Part shown: positions 31,196 to 40,393 of the stretch, piece after piece
Numbering within the stretch: position 1 is the stretch's first letter
How the letters are laid out: each line of letters opens with the position of its first letter
DNA from: Syntrophomonadaceae bacterium
GTDB taxonomy: Bacteria > Bacillota > Dethiobacteria > DTU022
Reading direction: 5' to 3'
Assembly: GCA_003567725.1 (NCBI GenBank)
Contig: PWYU01000057.1
Coordinates: 9,205 to 73,204 of the forward strand
Length of the DNA stretch: 64,000 nt
Position numbers and translations under genes: made by a program
The notes under the pieces: model-generated
The model's input: the letters and a program-made list of their open reading frames with translations, nothing else
The model's database searches: none
Told to the model about the DNA's origin: nothing

Positions 31196-31723
31196 TCAAT
31201 TATCTGCTTTGCCAATGTTCTGCTCAAGGTAAGTATTGGCCATTTCCCGGTAATATTCAGCGCTTGATTCCACCCACATCAGCGAGGCTCCGGCAATTTC
31301 TTTTTTCACCCTGGCTGGAGTGCCGGCGGCCAGGTGTCGGGGCGGAATTTCCATATGGTCTGATACAACGCTGCCAGCCGCCACCATGGCCTGCTCACCG
31401 ATTACACTAAAGTCCAGCAATACGGCATTAAGGCCAATTATTGCGCCGTTCTTAACGGTGCAATTGTGCAGGACCGATCCGTGGGCCACGGTAACCTTAT
31501 CTCCGATGATAGTTTCACCTTCGGCCATAGTGTGGACGACCACATTATCCTGGATACTGGTATTTTTACCGACGATGATACGGCCAAAATCGCCGCGCAG
31601 GACGGCCCCAAACCAGATGCTGGCTCCTTCTTCGATTACTACATCGCCAATAATTGCTGCGGTAGGAGCTATAAAAACCCCGGTAGCGATTTGCGGTTTT
31701 TTTCCGCTAAATTCCATGATCAT
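31196..31723 (-). CDS. gamma-carbonic anhydrase/PaaY-like hexapeptide-repeat protein
   Basis: IGDVVIEEGASIWFGAVLRGD, IQDNVVVH and VAHGSVLHNC. Confidence 0.9.
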   Translation of the reverse strand: MIMEFSGKKPQIATGVFIAPTAAIIGDVVIEEGASIWFGAVLRGDFGRIIVGKNTSIQDNVVVHTMAEGETIIGDKVTVAHGSVLHNCTVKNGAIIGLNAVLLDFSVIGEQAMVAAGSVVSDHMEIPPRHLAAGTPARVKKEIAGASLMWVESSAEYYREMANTYLEQNIGKADN

Positions 31724-31857
31724 AGTAAAGAATTTCTCCTTTCTTTCTGAAATGGCAGGTTAAAGCCTTTTCAGGTGCGGGATTAATAGCTGCTATTGTT
31801 TCTTTTCAGGTTGCCGGCATTTATTTATTTATGAGGTGAAAACAATTAAAACAAGAT

Positions 31858-32259
31858 TTATTTCCTGAAGACAGTTCCCCTTAAAAAAGCTACCTTTTCT
31901 TCGCCCCGGTATACAGTCATCCGGTATATTCCAGTAGAGCGGGTCAGATGTTCTTCTTCTGCTATGGCGGTTAATTGGTCACCGCTGACGGTTCCTTTGA
32001 CGTAGTTAATGCTAATGTGCATGGCCAGGGCCGTTCCCCGGGTGTTTGAGGCCAGCCCAAAAGCGGTGTCGGCCAGGGTAAAAATGGCTCCGCCGTGTGT
32101 CACACCGTTAAAATTATGCATATCCGGGGTCACGAACATGCTTACCCGGGCATAACCGGCCCGGACATCTTCAAGTTCAATTCCGAGCTTACAGGGGAAG
32201 CGATCTTCTTTGTATCGTTCCCTTAACATTTTTGAGCGGTCTGTTTCCCGGTAATGCAA
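31858..32259 (-). CDS. PaaI family aryl-CoA thioesterase
   Basis: HNFNGVTHGGAIFTLADTAFGLASN; TTG start at 32259 after GGGAGG. Confidence 0.9.
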   Translation of the reverse strand: MHYRETDRSKMLRERYKEDRFPCKLGIELEDVRAGYARVSMFVTPDMHNFNGVTHGGAIFTLADTAFGLASNTRGTALAMHISINYVKGTVSGDQLTAIAEEEHLTRSTGIYRMTVYRGEEKVAFLRGTVFRK

Positions 32260-32334
32260 ATTAAATCCTCCCAGCCTTCGGTGCAAGCTAATTTAAGTAT
32301 ACTTGATGTTTGACTAGTTTGAAAGTCCCGTCAT

Positions 32335-32507
32335 TTTTAGAATCACCGAACGATAATTATGCCCTGTGGCAGGGTCTGAGCAACACGCTCAGTATCGCCA
32401 GATGTAGTTTTAATCACGTGTCTGGCGCGAATCGAAGGACCGAATACCGGTCTGTTGTCCTGAACTACCAGGATGCATGATGTCTATTGAACACGTGAGG
32501 ATGTCAC
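32335..32507 (+). mobile_element. orphan IS200/IS605 right end / omega-RNA-like scaffold
   Basis: 32348-32507 is ~92% identical (13 mismatches in 160 by hand) to the reverse complement of 53248-53407; five hairpins; ends GAGGATGTCAC. Confidence 0.72.
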
Positions 32508-32552
32508 GTAATTCAATGCTTAAAACAGATGAAATTTTAACCGTAATAAGCA

Positions 32553-32577
32553 AACCCCGGCTTAAAAAACCGGGGTT
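32553..32577. terminator. terminator downstream of copA
   Basis: AACCCCGG...CCGGGGTT. Confidence 0.7.
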
Positions 32578-32613
32578 AATTTAAAAAGTTAGAGGAGTAA
32601 AGTAAAATCTAAG

Positions 32614-35127
32614 CTACTGATGTTTAAAACCGGGATCCAGATTGATTTTTCTCAGCCGCAGTGAATTAAGGACCACATTCAAAGAGCTGGCCGCCATCGC
32701 TCCAGCCCCGATAATGGGGTGGAGTAAACCCAGGAAAGCTACCGGTATGGCAATACTGTTATAAAACCAGGCCCAGAAATAATTCTGGCGGATTTTCTTG
32801 AAAGTGGCCTGAGACAGCTTGATCGCTGAAACTACAGCTCCCAAATCTCCACGCACCAGGGTAATATCGGCCGCCTCAATGGCTACGTCAGTTCCGGTGC
32901 CGATAGCTATTCCCACATTAGCCTGTTTTAAAGCCGGGGCATCGTTGATGCCATCCCCTACCATGGCCACCATCTTATATTGATCCTGCAGTCTTTTTAT
33001 TTCATCCACTTTGCCTTCGGGAAGGACTTCGGCCAGGACTTTGCTGATGCCAATCTGCCGGGCAATCGCATTTGCCGTGGTCCAATTATCACCGGTTATC
33101 ATGGCTGTTTTGAAGCCCATTCGCTCAAGCTCCTTTGCAGCAGCGGCACTTTCGTCCTTGATCGTATCAGCTACCGCAACAATGCCCGCCAGTTTACCGT
33201 CAATTGCAGTAAGAATAGCAGTCTTCCCTTCGGCTTCTAGTTTTTCCATCGTACTGCCGGCATTATTCATCTTAACCTCACGGCTTTCAATTAAACGCTT
33301 GCTACCGACCAGTACATTCTTACCTTCGATCCTGCCTTCGACCCCCTGACCGGTCAGCGAGCTAAATTCACTAACTTCTCCCGGTTTAATACCGTCATTT
33401 GATGCCTTTTCAACTACCGCAGAGCCAAGAGGATGTTCCGAAACCGCTTCCACTCCGGCGGCATAATAAAGAAGCTCTTTTTGATTATAGCTGTTAATCG
33501 GAATAATATCTGTAACCTGGGGTTTGCCCCTGGTCAGGGTGCCCGTTTTATCAAAAGCAACTATCTTAATATCTTTCATGGTCTGGATGGCCTCGCCGCT
33601 TCTGATCAAAATTCCCTTTTCAGCGCCCATTCCACTGCCGACCATCAGGGCTGTTGGGGTAGCCAGTCCCAAAGCGCATGGACAGGAAATTACCAGGACC
33701 GCTGTTGCCGCCATAAAGGCCAGGGTGATGGTTGGGGCATCAAGATTAGCCCAGGGGGGATTAAAAAAAGCAACAATTGAACCGTGAAAATCAGGAAAGA
33801 GCAACCATGAAGTAAATGAAGCCATAGCAATAATAATCACCACAGGAACAAAATATCCGGTAATCCGATCAGCAAATTCCTGGATGGGAACCTTGGAACC
33901 CTGGCATTCCTCAACCATTTTTATTACCTGGGCCAGGAAAGTATCTTTTCCAATTTTAGTAGCCTTGACCTTAAGAGCTCCCTGGCGATTGATGGTTGCT
34001 CCGATTACCTCATCGCCTTCCTTTTTTTCAACAGGCATAGATTCACCGGTAGCCATGGATTCATCAATACTGCTCTGGCCACTAATCACGATCCCGTCGG
34101 TAGGGATTTTCTCCCCAGGCCGGATGACCATGATCTGGCCCGGGCTAAGCTCTTCAAGGGGTATTTCCTTTTCTTCATCCTTATCAATGATGCGAGCTGT
34201 TTTTGCTTCCATGGCCAGTAATTTTTTTATCGCCTGCGAAGCTCTCCCTTTGGATTTTGTTTCCAGGAAACGCCCCACCAGATGCAGGGCCATAATACTG
34301 GCCGCCATTTCAACAAAAGTCGTCAGAGGGAACCAGAAACTAAGCACACTGAGCAGGTAAGGCGGAGCCGACCCCATGGTAATCAAGGTGTCCATATTGG
34401 CACTGCCTCTTTTTAAGGCTATCAGGGTGCCCCGGTGGGTATCGTAACCGGCAATAAAGATGGCCGGAAAAGCGAGAATCAGGGTAATTTCGAAATATGC
34501 TGGAATGGAAACTACAAACATATGAATCATCATCAGGATCATGATTACGCCGGCGAAACAAACGGCAAACCACATCTTACCCGCTGCCCGCTTGATTGTA
34601 GCCTCATCGCGATCAATTTCACTCTTCTTCTCTCCGGTAGCAGTTCCCTTAGCTTTTTCAAACTCATCGGAGCCATCTTCAATTATCATTCTGTATCCGG
34701 CACTTTCAACCAGGTTTGACAAGACTGCCGGACCGGTTTGATTTTTGTTATATTTTACTGCTGCTTTTTCAGCAGCAAAATTAATTGATGCTTCGATAAC
34801 TCCGGTTTCATTCTGTAAGGTGGCTTCCAAGCCCCGGGCACAGGAGGCACAGCTCATTCCCTCTATTCTAAAAACTGCATCAATTAGCGGATCGGTTTTA
34901 AGTTCATCCTCACTGCCTTCAAGAGTACCTTCAAAACCGGTATCTTTAACTGTTTGCAGAATTTGCGCACTGTTAACAGTATCAGAGTCATAGCTTACAT
35001 GAGCCTTGGCGGATGCAAAATTCACCGAAGCTTCTTCCACACCCGGCTTTTCCTGAAGCGCTTTTTCCAGGCTCCGGGAACAGCTAGCACAGCTCATACC
35101 ATCGATTAACAAAGTTATTTTTTTCAT
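32614..35127 (-). CDS. copA: copper-translocating P1B-type ATPase
   Basis: Two GMSCASC HMA domains, [32 protein letters not shown] and YN motif. Confidence 0.95.
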   Translation of the reverse strand: MKKITLLIDGMSCASCSRSLEKALQEKPGVEEASVNFASAKAHVSYDSDTVNSAQILQTVKDTGFEGTLEGSEDELKTDPLIDAVFRIEGMSCASCARGLEATLQNETGVIEASINFAAEKAAVKYNKNQTGPAVLSNLVESAGYRMIIEDGSDEFEKAKGTATGEKKSEIDRDEATIKRAAGKMWFAVCFAGVIMILMMIHMFVVSIPAYFEITLILAFPAIFIAGYDTHRGTLIALKRGSANMDTLITMGSAPPYLLSVLSFWFPLTTFVEMAASIMALHLVGRFLETKSKGRASQAIKKLLAMEAKTARIIDKDEEKEIPLEELSPGQIMVIRPGEKIPTDGIVISGQSSIDESMATGESMPVEKKEGDEVIGATINRQGALKVKATKIGKDTFLAQVIKMVEECQGSKVPIQEFADRITGYFVPVVIIIAMASFTSWLLFPDFHGSIVAFFNPPWANLDAPTITLAFMAATAVLVISCPCALGLATPTALMVGSGMGAEKGILIRSGEAIQTMKDIKIVAFDKTGTLTRGKPQVTDIIPINSYNQKELLYYAAGVEAVSEHPLGSAVVEKASNDGIKPGEVSEFSSLTGQGVEGRIEGKNVLVGSKRLIESREVKMNNAGSTMEKLEAEGKTAILTAIDGKLAGIVAVADTIKDESAAAAKELERMGFKTAMITGDNWTTANAIARQIGISKVLAEVLPEGKVDEIKRLQDQYKMVAMVGDGINDAPALKQANVGIAIGTGTDVAIEAADITLVRGDLGAVVSAIKLSQATFKKIRQNYFWAWFYNSIAIPVAFLGLLHPIIGAGAMAASSLNVVLNSLRLRKINLDPGFKHQ

Positions 35128-35169
35128 TTAAAATAAACCTCGCCTTTCATAATACATCCAACCATAAAG

Positions 35170-35622
35170 CTATTCTTTCTCCGTTGATTGATCTTTTTTC
35201 ATCGTCTGATGGATCAATCTCTGTCTTTCAGCCAGTTCAGCCAGCGAAATTTTGCTAAGCTCATTATAAATAGCTTCTTTCAAACCAACCCAAACCTTGC
35301 GGGTAACACAATTATCAATCCGTTGGCAAGTATCAGGATTATCAACACAGTCAACCGGAGAAAGAGAACCTTCCACTGTCTTAACAATATCATACATATT
35401 GATTTCTTGCGGCGGTTTAGCCAGAACATACCCGCCCTTGCTGCCTTTGTGGGTCTTGACATAACCACTGATCCGCAAAGGAAACATCACCTGCTCCAGG
35501 TATTTTAAAGATATCTCCTGCCTGGCTGCAACATCTTTTAACTTAACTGGCTTTTGTCCATATTCCAAAGCCAGCTCCACCAGCGCCCGGGCCGCATAAC
35601 GGGATTTTGTTGAAAGCTGCAT
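35170..35622 (-). CDS. Rrf2 family regulator (CymR/IscR-like, three Cys)
   Basis: STKSRYA, ISLKYLEQ, GSKGGYVLA and C-x6-C-x5-C. Confidence 0.92.
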   Translation of the reverse strand: MQLSTKSRYAARALVELALEYGQKPVKLKDVAARQEISLKYLEQVMFPLRISGYVKTHKGSKGGYVLAKPPQEINMYDIVKTVEGSLSPVDCVDNPDTCQRIDNCVTRKVWVGLKEAIYNELSKISLAELAERQRLIHQTMKKDQSTEKE

Positions 35623-35679
35623 TATCTAATCCTCCTTAATTACCCTCCTGTTAAAATGAAAACCGTCTTTACTAACTGC

Positions 35680-36612
35680 TCAACCTTCTAAATCATTAAA
35701 CAAAGCTGTCGACATATACCGTTCAGCGAGATCAGGAAAAATTGTTACTACCAGCTTTCCTTTATTCTCAAAACGCCCGGCAACCTGCAGCGCGGCAGCA
35801 CATGCTGCCCCGGAAGAAATACCGACGAATAGCCCTTCTTCTTTAAACAGCCGAGTAGCCATTTCCAGGGCATCTTGATCAGAAATTTTTATGATTTCAT
35901 CCAGCAAATCCAGGCGCATAATCTCGGGGATAAAACCGGCCCCTATACCCTGGATTTTATGAGGAGCAGGGTTTCCCCCTGAAAGAACAGGTGAAGCCTC
36001 AGGCTCAACAGCCACCGTTTCTAAGGAAGGTTTTCTTTCTTTTAAAACTTCAGTAACCCCGGTGATGGTGCCTCCTGTTCCTACTCCACTAACCAGAATG
36101 TCTATTTTCCCTTCGGTGTCAGTCCAAATTTCCTCTGCCGTAGTCTGGCGGTGCGCCTCAGGATTGGCAGGATTGGAAAACTGAAGAGGGATAAAATAGC
36201 GATCATCATGATCGGCTAATTCCCGGGCTTTATTTACAGCACCGTTCATACCTTTTTCGCCAGGCGTAAGAATCAGCTCTGCACCCAGTTTTCTTAGCAA
36301 CCTGATTCTTTCTAAGCTCATCGTTTCGGGCATGGTCAGGGTCAATTTATAACCTTTTACAGCGCACACTATGGCTAACCCGATACCAGTATTTCCGCTG
36401 GTAGGTTCCAGGATTACTGTTTCCGGGCCAATTAAACCCTTTTTTTCTGCAGCTTCAATCATACTCATAGCAATCCTGTCTTTAATACTGCCACCCGGGT
36501 TATAAGACTCGATCTTAGCCACAACATCTGCACTGCAACCCCCGGTCAGTTTCTTTAAATATACCATTGGAGTTTTGCCGATCAGTTCAGTTACATCATT
36601 AGCAATGTTCAT
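35680..36612 (-). CDS. cysK: cysteine synthase A
   Basis: [31 protein letters not shown] and GISSGA. Confidence 0.96.
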   Translation of the reverse strand: MNIANDVTELIGKTPMVYLKKLTGGCSADVVAKIESYNPGGSIKDRIAMSMIEAAEKKGLIGPETVILEPTSGNTGIGLAIVCAVKGYKLTLTMPETMSLERIRLLRKLGAELILTPGEKGMNGAVNKARELADHDDRYFIPLQFSNPANPEAHRQTTAEEIWTDTEGKIDILVSGVGTGGTITGVTEVLKERKPSLETVAVEPEASPVLSGGNPAPHKIQGIGAGFIPEIMRLDLLDEIIKISDQDALEMATRLFKEEGLFVGISSGAACAAALQVAGRFENKGKLVVTIFPDLAERYMSTALFNDLEG

Positions 36613-36645
36613 TTTAACCCTCCAAATTTTAACCCTGCTCCAGTT

Positions 36646-36667
36646 TTTCTACTAAATATATAGGTTA
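36646..36667. promoter_or_regulatory. putative Rrf2 (CymR/IscR-type) operator
   Basis: Imperfect palindrome TTTCTACTAAATATATAGGTTA just upstream of cysK-rrf2. Confidence 0.5.
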
Positions 36668-36679
36668 TCTTTTATTATT

Positions 36680-37141
36680 CTAAGGAATTTTCCCTGAAAT
36701 GTCAACTTTAGTCCTGATTGAAGTAGAAATAATATGAATATCCTTCACAAAACCGCGATGGCCGCCTATTTCAACCTGGTCACCAATCTTTACCGGCCGC
36801 TCGCCCATCAAAAAGAGGCCCGAAATCAAGTTGCCGATAATACTCTGGCTGGCAAAACCTAAGGCCAGGGCTACAATCCCTCCGCCCACCATCAGGCCGG
36901 AAGGTTCAATACCGATAGTAGATATAATTCAGAGCACAGCAATGACCATAATTCCATAACACACCAATTTAGTGATCATTTCCAGGTGTTCTTTCTTCAT
37001 CTTGTCTTTAATAGTACGTCGTAACTGAACGGTGATTATTTTAGAGAAGATCAGGGAAACCTGGAATATAATAAATGCGATTATTAAGTTAAGCCAGGTT
37101 ACGTCGGCATATAAAGTACGGTTTAGCCATTCAATCATCAA
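36680..37141 (-). pseudogene. mscS: mscS pseudogene (internal stop and 3' truncation)
   Basis: Two ORFs in one frame are separated by TGA at 36929-36931; ALGFASQSIIGNLISGLFLMGERPVKIGD motif; homology ends after TSIRT. Confidence 0.85.
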
Positions 37142-37254
37142 AACCCCTCCTCCATAGCTGTCTTTGCCGGCAGGCCTATTAACCTCGGAGTAAACTGTTC
37201 CAAAGCTTTATACATACCTTTATTTAGAGGTTCGTCGATAAAGTTAGTATCTGC
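37138..37254 (-). pseudogene. C-terminal gene remnant overlapping the mscS start (DUF432-like)
   Basis: ADTNFIDEPLNKGMYKALEQFTPRLIGLPAKTAMEEGF* with its TGA overlapping the mscS ATG; family recalled, not searched. Confidence 0.4.
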
Positions 37255-37455
37255 GTTCCAGAGGTAACCGGCAATTGCTCTATGTTTTTCTTATGAACAG
37301 CCGGGAGCATCCAAAAACTGGAGCCGTCTAGAACTTAAAAACCGCGAATACGGGCTACACGATATATTTTGAAATATCAATTTGTTTATATTCATTACAA
37401 TATCGATTTATTATGGTATAATCATGTTTAAAGATTATAGAAAGGACTGATTATC

Positions 37456-37785
37456 ATTAAGATTGAACTTCAAAAAAGCCAGGTAGTATTATCGCCGGAG
37501 AATGATGAAGAGAAAGCCAAACTAACCGCTTTATGGAAAATATTGGTGGATTGTGTTGGAGACAGCAGGAAACTCGTGCCGGTAGGTGAGTTTATTCCCC
37601 AAAAAAATAATCAGGGCGCTTCTTTTCACATCGAAGGCCTTGATCCGCAGGACAATTCTTTTGTCGAAGTAAAGGCAGAAGAAGATGCTCAGGTTTATTG
37701 CAGGACCTGTAACAAACTGCAAAGCTTAAAAGCTGGGGAGGTTATCCCCATTTGCTGCGGTAAGATGATGAGCATCATCGATTAA
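37456..37785 (+). CDS. small protein with a C-terminal CxxC...CCG metal-binding module; probable ATT start
   Basis: Frame is open from ATT 37456 (AAAGGA RBS): IKIELQKSQVVLSPENDEEKAKLTALWKILVDC...YCRTCN...PICCGKMM; a terminator follows. Confidence 0.7.
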   Translation: MKIELQKSQVVLSPENDEEKAKLTALWKILVDCVGDSRKLVPVGEFIPQKNNQGASFHIEGLDPQDNSFVEVKAEEDAQVYCRTCNKLQSLKAGEVIPICCGKMMSIID

Positions 37786-37831
37786 AAGTACGGTTAAAAA
37801 AGAGAACAAAGTGTGGATCCTTGCATTAACT

Positions 37832-37873
37832 TAAGAAAGGGTTTTATACAATCTGGCTATAAACCCTTTCTTA
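37832..37873 (+). terminator. intrinsic terminator
   Basis: TAAGAAAGGGTTT...AAACCCTTTCTTA followed by a T-tract. Confidence 0.7.
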
Positions 37874-37881
37874 TTATTTTT

Positions 37882-38040
37882 GTAACTGCCCAGCCGTAAC
37901 TACTCAGGCATAGCCAGCTAAGCCACAGGGGACGGTTCCACCGTCTCCCCTTCGGCCTTAAAGCTATGCTTGAAGGGACGTTCGAACCGTCCCCATGGCG
38001 CCGTTTATCATTAAGCAAAGACAATAGGCTGAGTAGTTAC
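37882..38040. mobile_element. MITE with GTAAC-type TIRs and an 8-bp target duplication (IS66-like)
   Basis: GTAACTGCCCAGCC-GTAACTACTCAG...CTGAGTAGTTAC, flanked by TTATTTTT on both sides; internal GGGGACGGTTC/GAACCGTCCCC inverted repeat. Confidence 0.78.
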
Positions 38041-38123
38041 TTATTTTTAATTATACCTCTGTTCAGAGCTTAGAGCCTGTTTAACAAACAACAGGCCATC
38101 TAACCAAAAGCTGACTCGTTCAT

Positions 38124-38163
38124 TTCTTACTTACCATAACCGATTCTTACTTACCATAACCGA
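38124..38163. repeat. perfect 20-bp tandem duplication
   Basis: TTCTTACTTACCATAACCGA twice. Confidence 0.9.
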
Positions 38164-38394
38164 TTATGTGCCGGTATTGACCTAATCTCATTTAAAATCC
38201 TGACTTTCATGTCATTCCAATAAACGCAATTTCAACTGCGGCAAAACCCAAACTGTTATTTTCATAATGCGTTCTGCACTTTCCGGTTCTGCAATTTCCT
38301 TCAAAGAAGACTTGACATCGCTTCATTCATAACCGGATAATAGAGGTAGTATGAAATGACTTAAGCCTATAATAAAAAGAAAAGGGTGTTATAT

Positions 38395-39348
38395 ATGTCA
38401 AAAAAATATCCCCTTCATTTTATATTTATGGTCATTCTTTTCGTGGCGTTTTTAACTCTTATCGGCTGCACTACGGAAGAAGAAGCCTTTGAAATGGATA
38501 CGGATGAAGAATTCCAACAGGCTTTAGAAATCGCAGTGGAAAGATTTTTAAGAAATGATGATCCAAACACCATTATAAATGATCTTAACAAATTATTTGC
38601 TGAACGCTACTCCGAAGAGGAGATTGAAGCATATCTATCAGCCAGGGTCGAAGAAGAAATGGCAGAAATTGAGACCCAACGTGAAGAACTGGAACAAAGA
38701 ATAGCCGAAGCAGAAAAAAATGCCAATGAGCTTAAGTCTAGATTGGAAGACAAACTGGACGAAGAAGCTTTTGAAAAAACAAATGAAAATTTAAAGCCAT
38801 TATATGATTGGCTTGAAAAGCTGGATGATAAGATCGAAGAAGCATCAGATCCCGGCCGGATAGTTGAATTAATGGAAGAAAAAATCAACACCTACAATCA
38901 ACTATCATCAATAATTACAGATAAATTAGATTCCCAAAAGGAGAGTTCAAATAGCAGCAACCAGGAGAAAAATGATTATCTTGAATATTACCACTCCATT
39001 GAGTACATCCTTGAAAAAGAAGAAGCCGTTTTAGCAGACTATGAAAGAGTAACCGGAGATAATTACATTAGCGATCAGGTCATTCATGATCAATTAAGAA
39101 AATCCATTATATCTGAAGCCAGGGATCTATATGATCAACTAAGACGGGTACGGGTCGGCGATAGTAAAATTGAAAACCTCCATGAAACTTATACAAAAGC
39201 CTGGGATTTGAAAAGACAAGGCTTTATGAAACTGGCTGAAGCCATACAGATCAATGATAGTGTCAGAAAAGCAGATGCTGAAGATCTGATCGAAGAAGGA
39301 TCACGCTTGAGAGAAGAGTTTCATAATGAACTTGAACGTTTGCTTTAG
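38395..39348 (+). CDS. hypothetical acidic coiled-coil lipoprotein
   Basis: Signal peptide ending LIGC; E/K-rich helical body. Confidence 0.75.
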   Translation: MSKKYPLHFIFMVILFVAFLTLIGCTTEEEAFEMDTDEEFQQALEIAVERFLRNDDPNTIINDLNKLFAERYSEEEIEAYLSARVEEEMAEIETQREELEQRIAEAEKNANELKSRLEDKLDEEAFEKTNENLKPLYDWLEKLDDKIEEASDPGRIVELMEEKINTYNQLSSIITDKLDSQKESSNSSNQEKNDYLEYYHSIEYILEKEEAVLADYERVTGDNYISDQVIHDQLRKSIISEARDLYDQLRRVRVGDSKIENLHETYTKAWDLKRQGFMKLAEAIQINDSVRKADAEDLIEEGSRLREEFHNELERLL

Positions 39349-39421
39349 AATCACCAGGAAGAAATAAGGCCCAACAGAAAAGAAGGTTGGATTAATTATA
39401 ATAAATGAAAGGATGATAAAA

Positions 39422-39895
39422 ATGGGCTTTGCTCTCTCCAAACTGCAATTGAAAAGCTTGGCTTTTGAAGCACTCGGCAAAATTCCCAGAAAACACACCG
39501 GAGAAGGTGAAGATGTTTCTCCGGCCCTGGAATGGTCTAACGCTCCTGATGGCACGGCTTCTGTTGCTGTAATATGTCACGATCCCGATGCTCCCCTGGT
39601 CTTACCGGGAACCTATGGATTTGTCCATTGGGTCCTATATAACATTCCCGGTTCGGTGACCACCCTAGAAGAAGCAACGCAAGATTATACTGCCGGGATA
39701 AATGATGCTAAAAAACAAGGTTACATGGGTCCTATGCCACCTGAAGGGCACGGCATCCATCATTACTTTTTTTGGGTGCTGGCCTTAGACAAAGAGCTTA
39801 ACCTGGAGCCGGATTTGAACATGTGGCAGCTGCTGGAAAAAATTGAGCCTCATGTAATCGGCATGAACCGGCTGGTGGGCACCTATGAAAGATAA
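39422..39895 (+). CDS. YbhB/YbcL (PEBP/Raf kinase inhibitor-like) protein
   Basis: DVSPALEW, CHDPDAP, FVHWVLYNIP, GPMPPEGHG and YFFWVLALD. Confidence 0.93.
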   Translation: MGFALSKLQLKSLAFEALGKIPRKHTGEGEDVSPALEWSNAPDGTASVAVICHDPDAPLVLPGTYGFVHWVLYNIPGSVTTLEEATQDYTAGINDAKKQGYMGPMPPEGHGIHHYFFWVLALDKELNLEPDLNMWQLLEKIEPHVIGMNRLVGTYER

Positions 39896-39974
39896 CTTGA
39901 ATTACTTTTCACTCTTGTTTCCTGCAACACTTTAAATCGTAATTTCTTACCGAGTAAAACACATCCTAAGCTGT

Positions 39975-40015
39975 CAAAAGAGCTGTCTCGCTACCGAACC
40001 GAGACAGCTCTTTTG
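39975..40015 (+). terminator. intrinsic terminator
   Basis: CAAAAGAGCTGTCTCG...CGAGACAGCTCTTTTG. Confidence 0.85.
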
Positions 40016-40047
40016 CGTTAATTACGCTTTTGGTTTTTAAAGGTTAT

Positions 40048-40138
40048 CATTCTAAAGTGTTAACCCTTATTTTACTCTTTTTTCACCTTGCTTCCATGCT
40101 TATTAGCGATTTTATTTTAGTACCTGTTCTTATAAAGT
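40048..40138 (+). promoter_or_regulatory. conserved catabolic promoter/operator motif, copy 3 (upstream of bamB)
   Basis: AGTGTTAACCCTTATTTTA...CACCTTGCTTCCATGCTTATTAGCGATTT-N20-TAAAGT. Confidence 0.75.
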
Positions 40139-40393
40139 AGGATTAAAAGAAACCGTCTACTTAGAAGCAAAAGATAAATAAAACGTATTCCCCAGTTTGT
40201 CCTGTAGCAGTTTGTTGTATCACTTAAACTATTATTCCAAGCAAAACGGATATTTACAAAGGCCGGGGAGATCTTCAAAACAGGTTAAATAAAAGTATGA
40301 GAGTAGAAAGCGGCAAATCAGTTAAAAGTATATTTAGTTTCAACATTGTAAATAGCTGTCTAAAGTAAAAAACCGACCTAAGAGGTGTTAAAA

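Noticed and set aside
36929-36931. In-frame TGA in mscS as a fifth selenocysteine
   Set aside because: It lies in a TM segment with no Cys-type motif, and the gene is also truncated; a nonsense mutation is more likely
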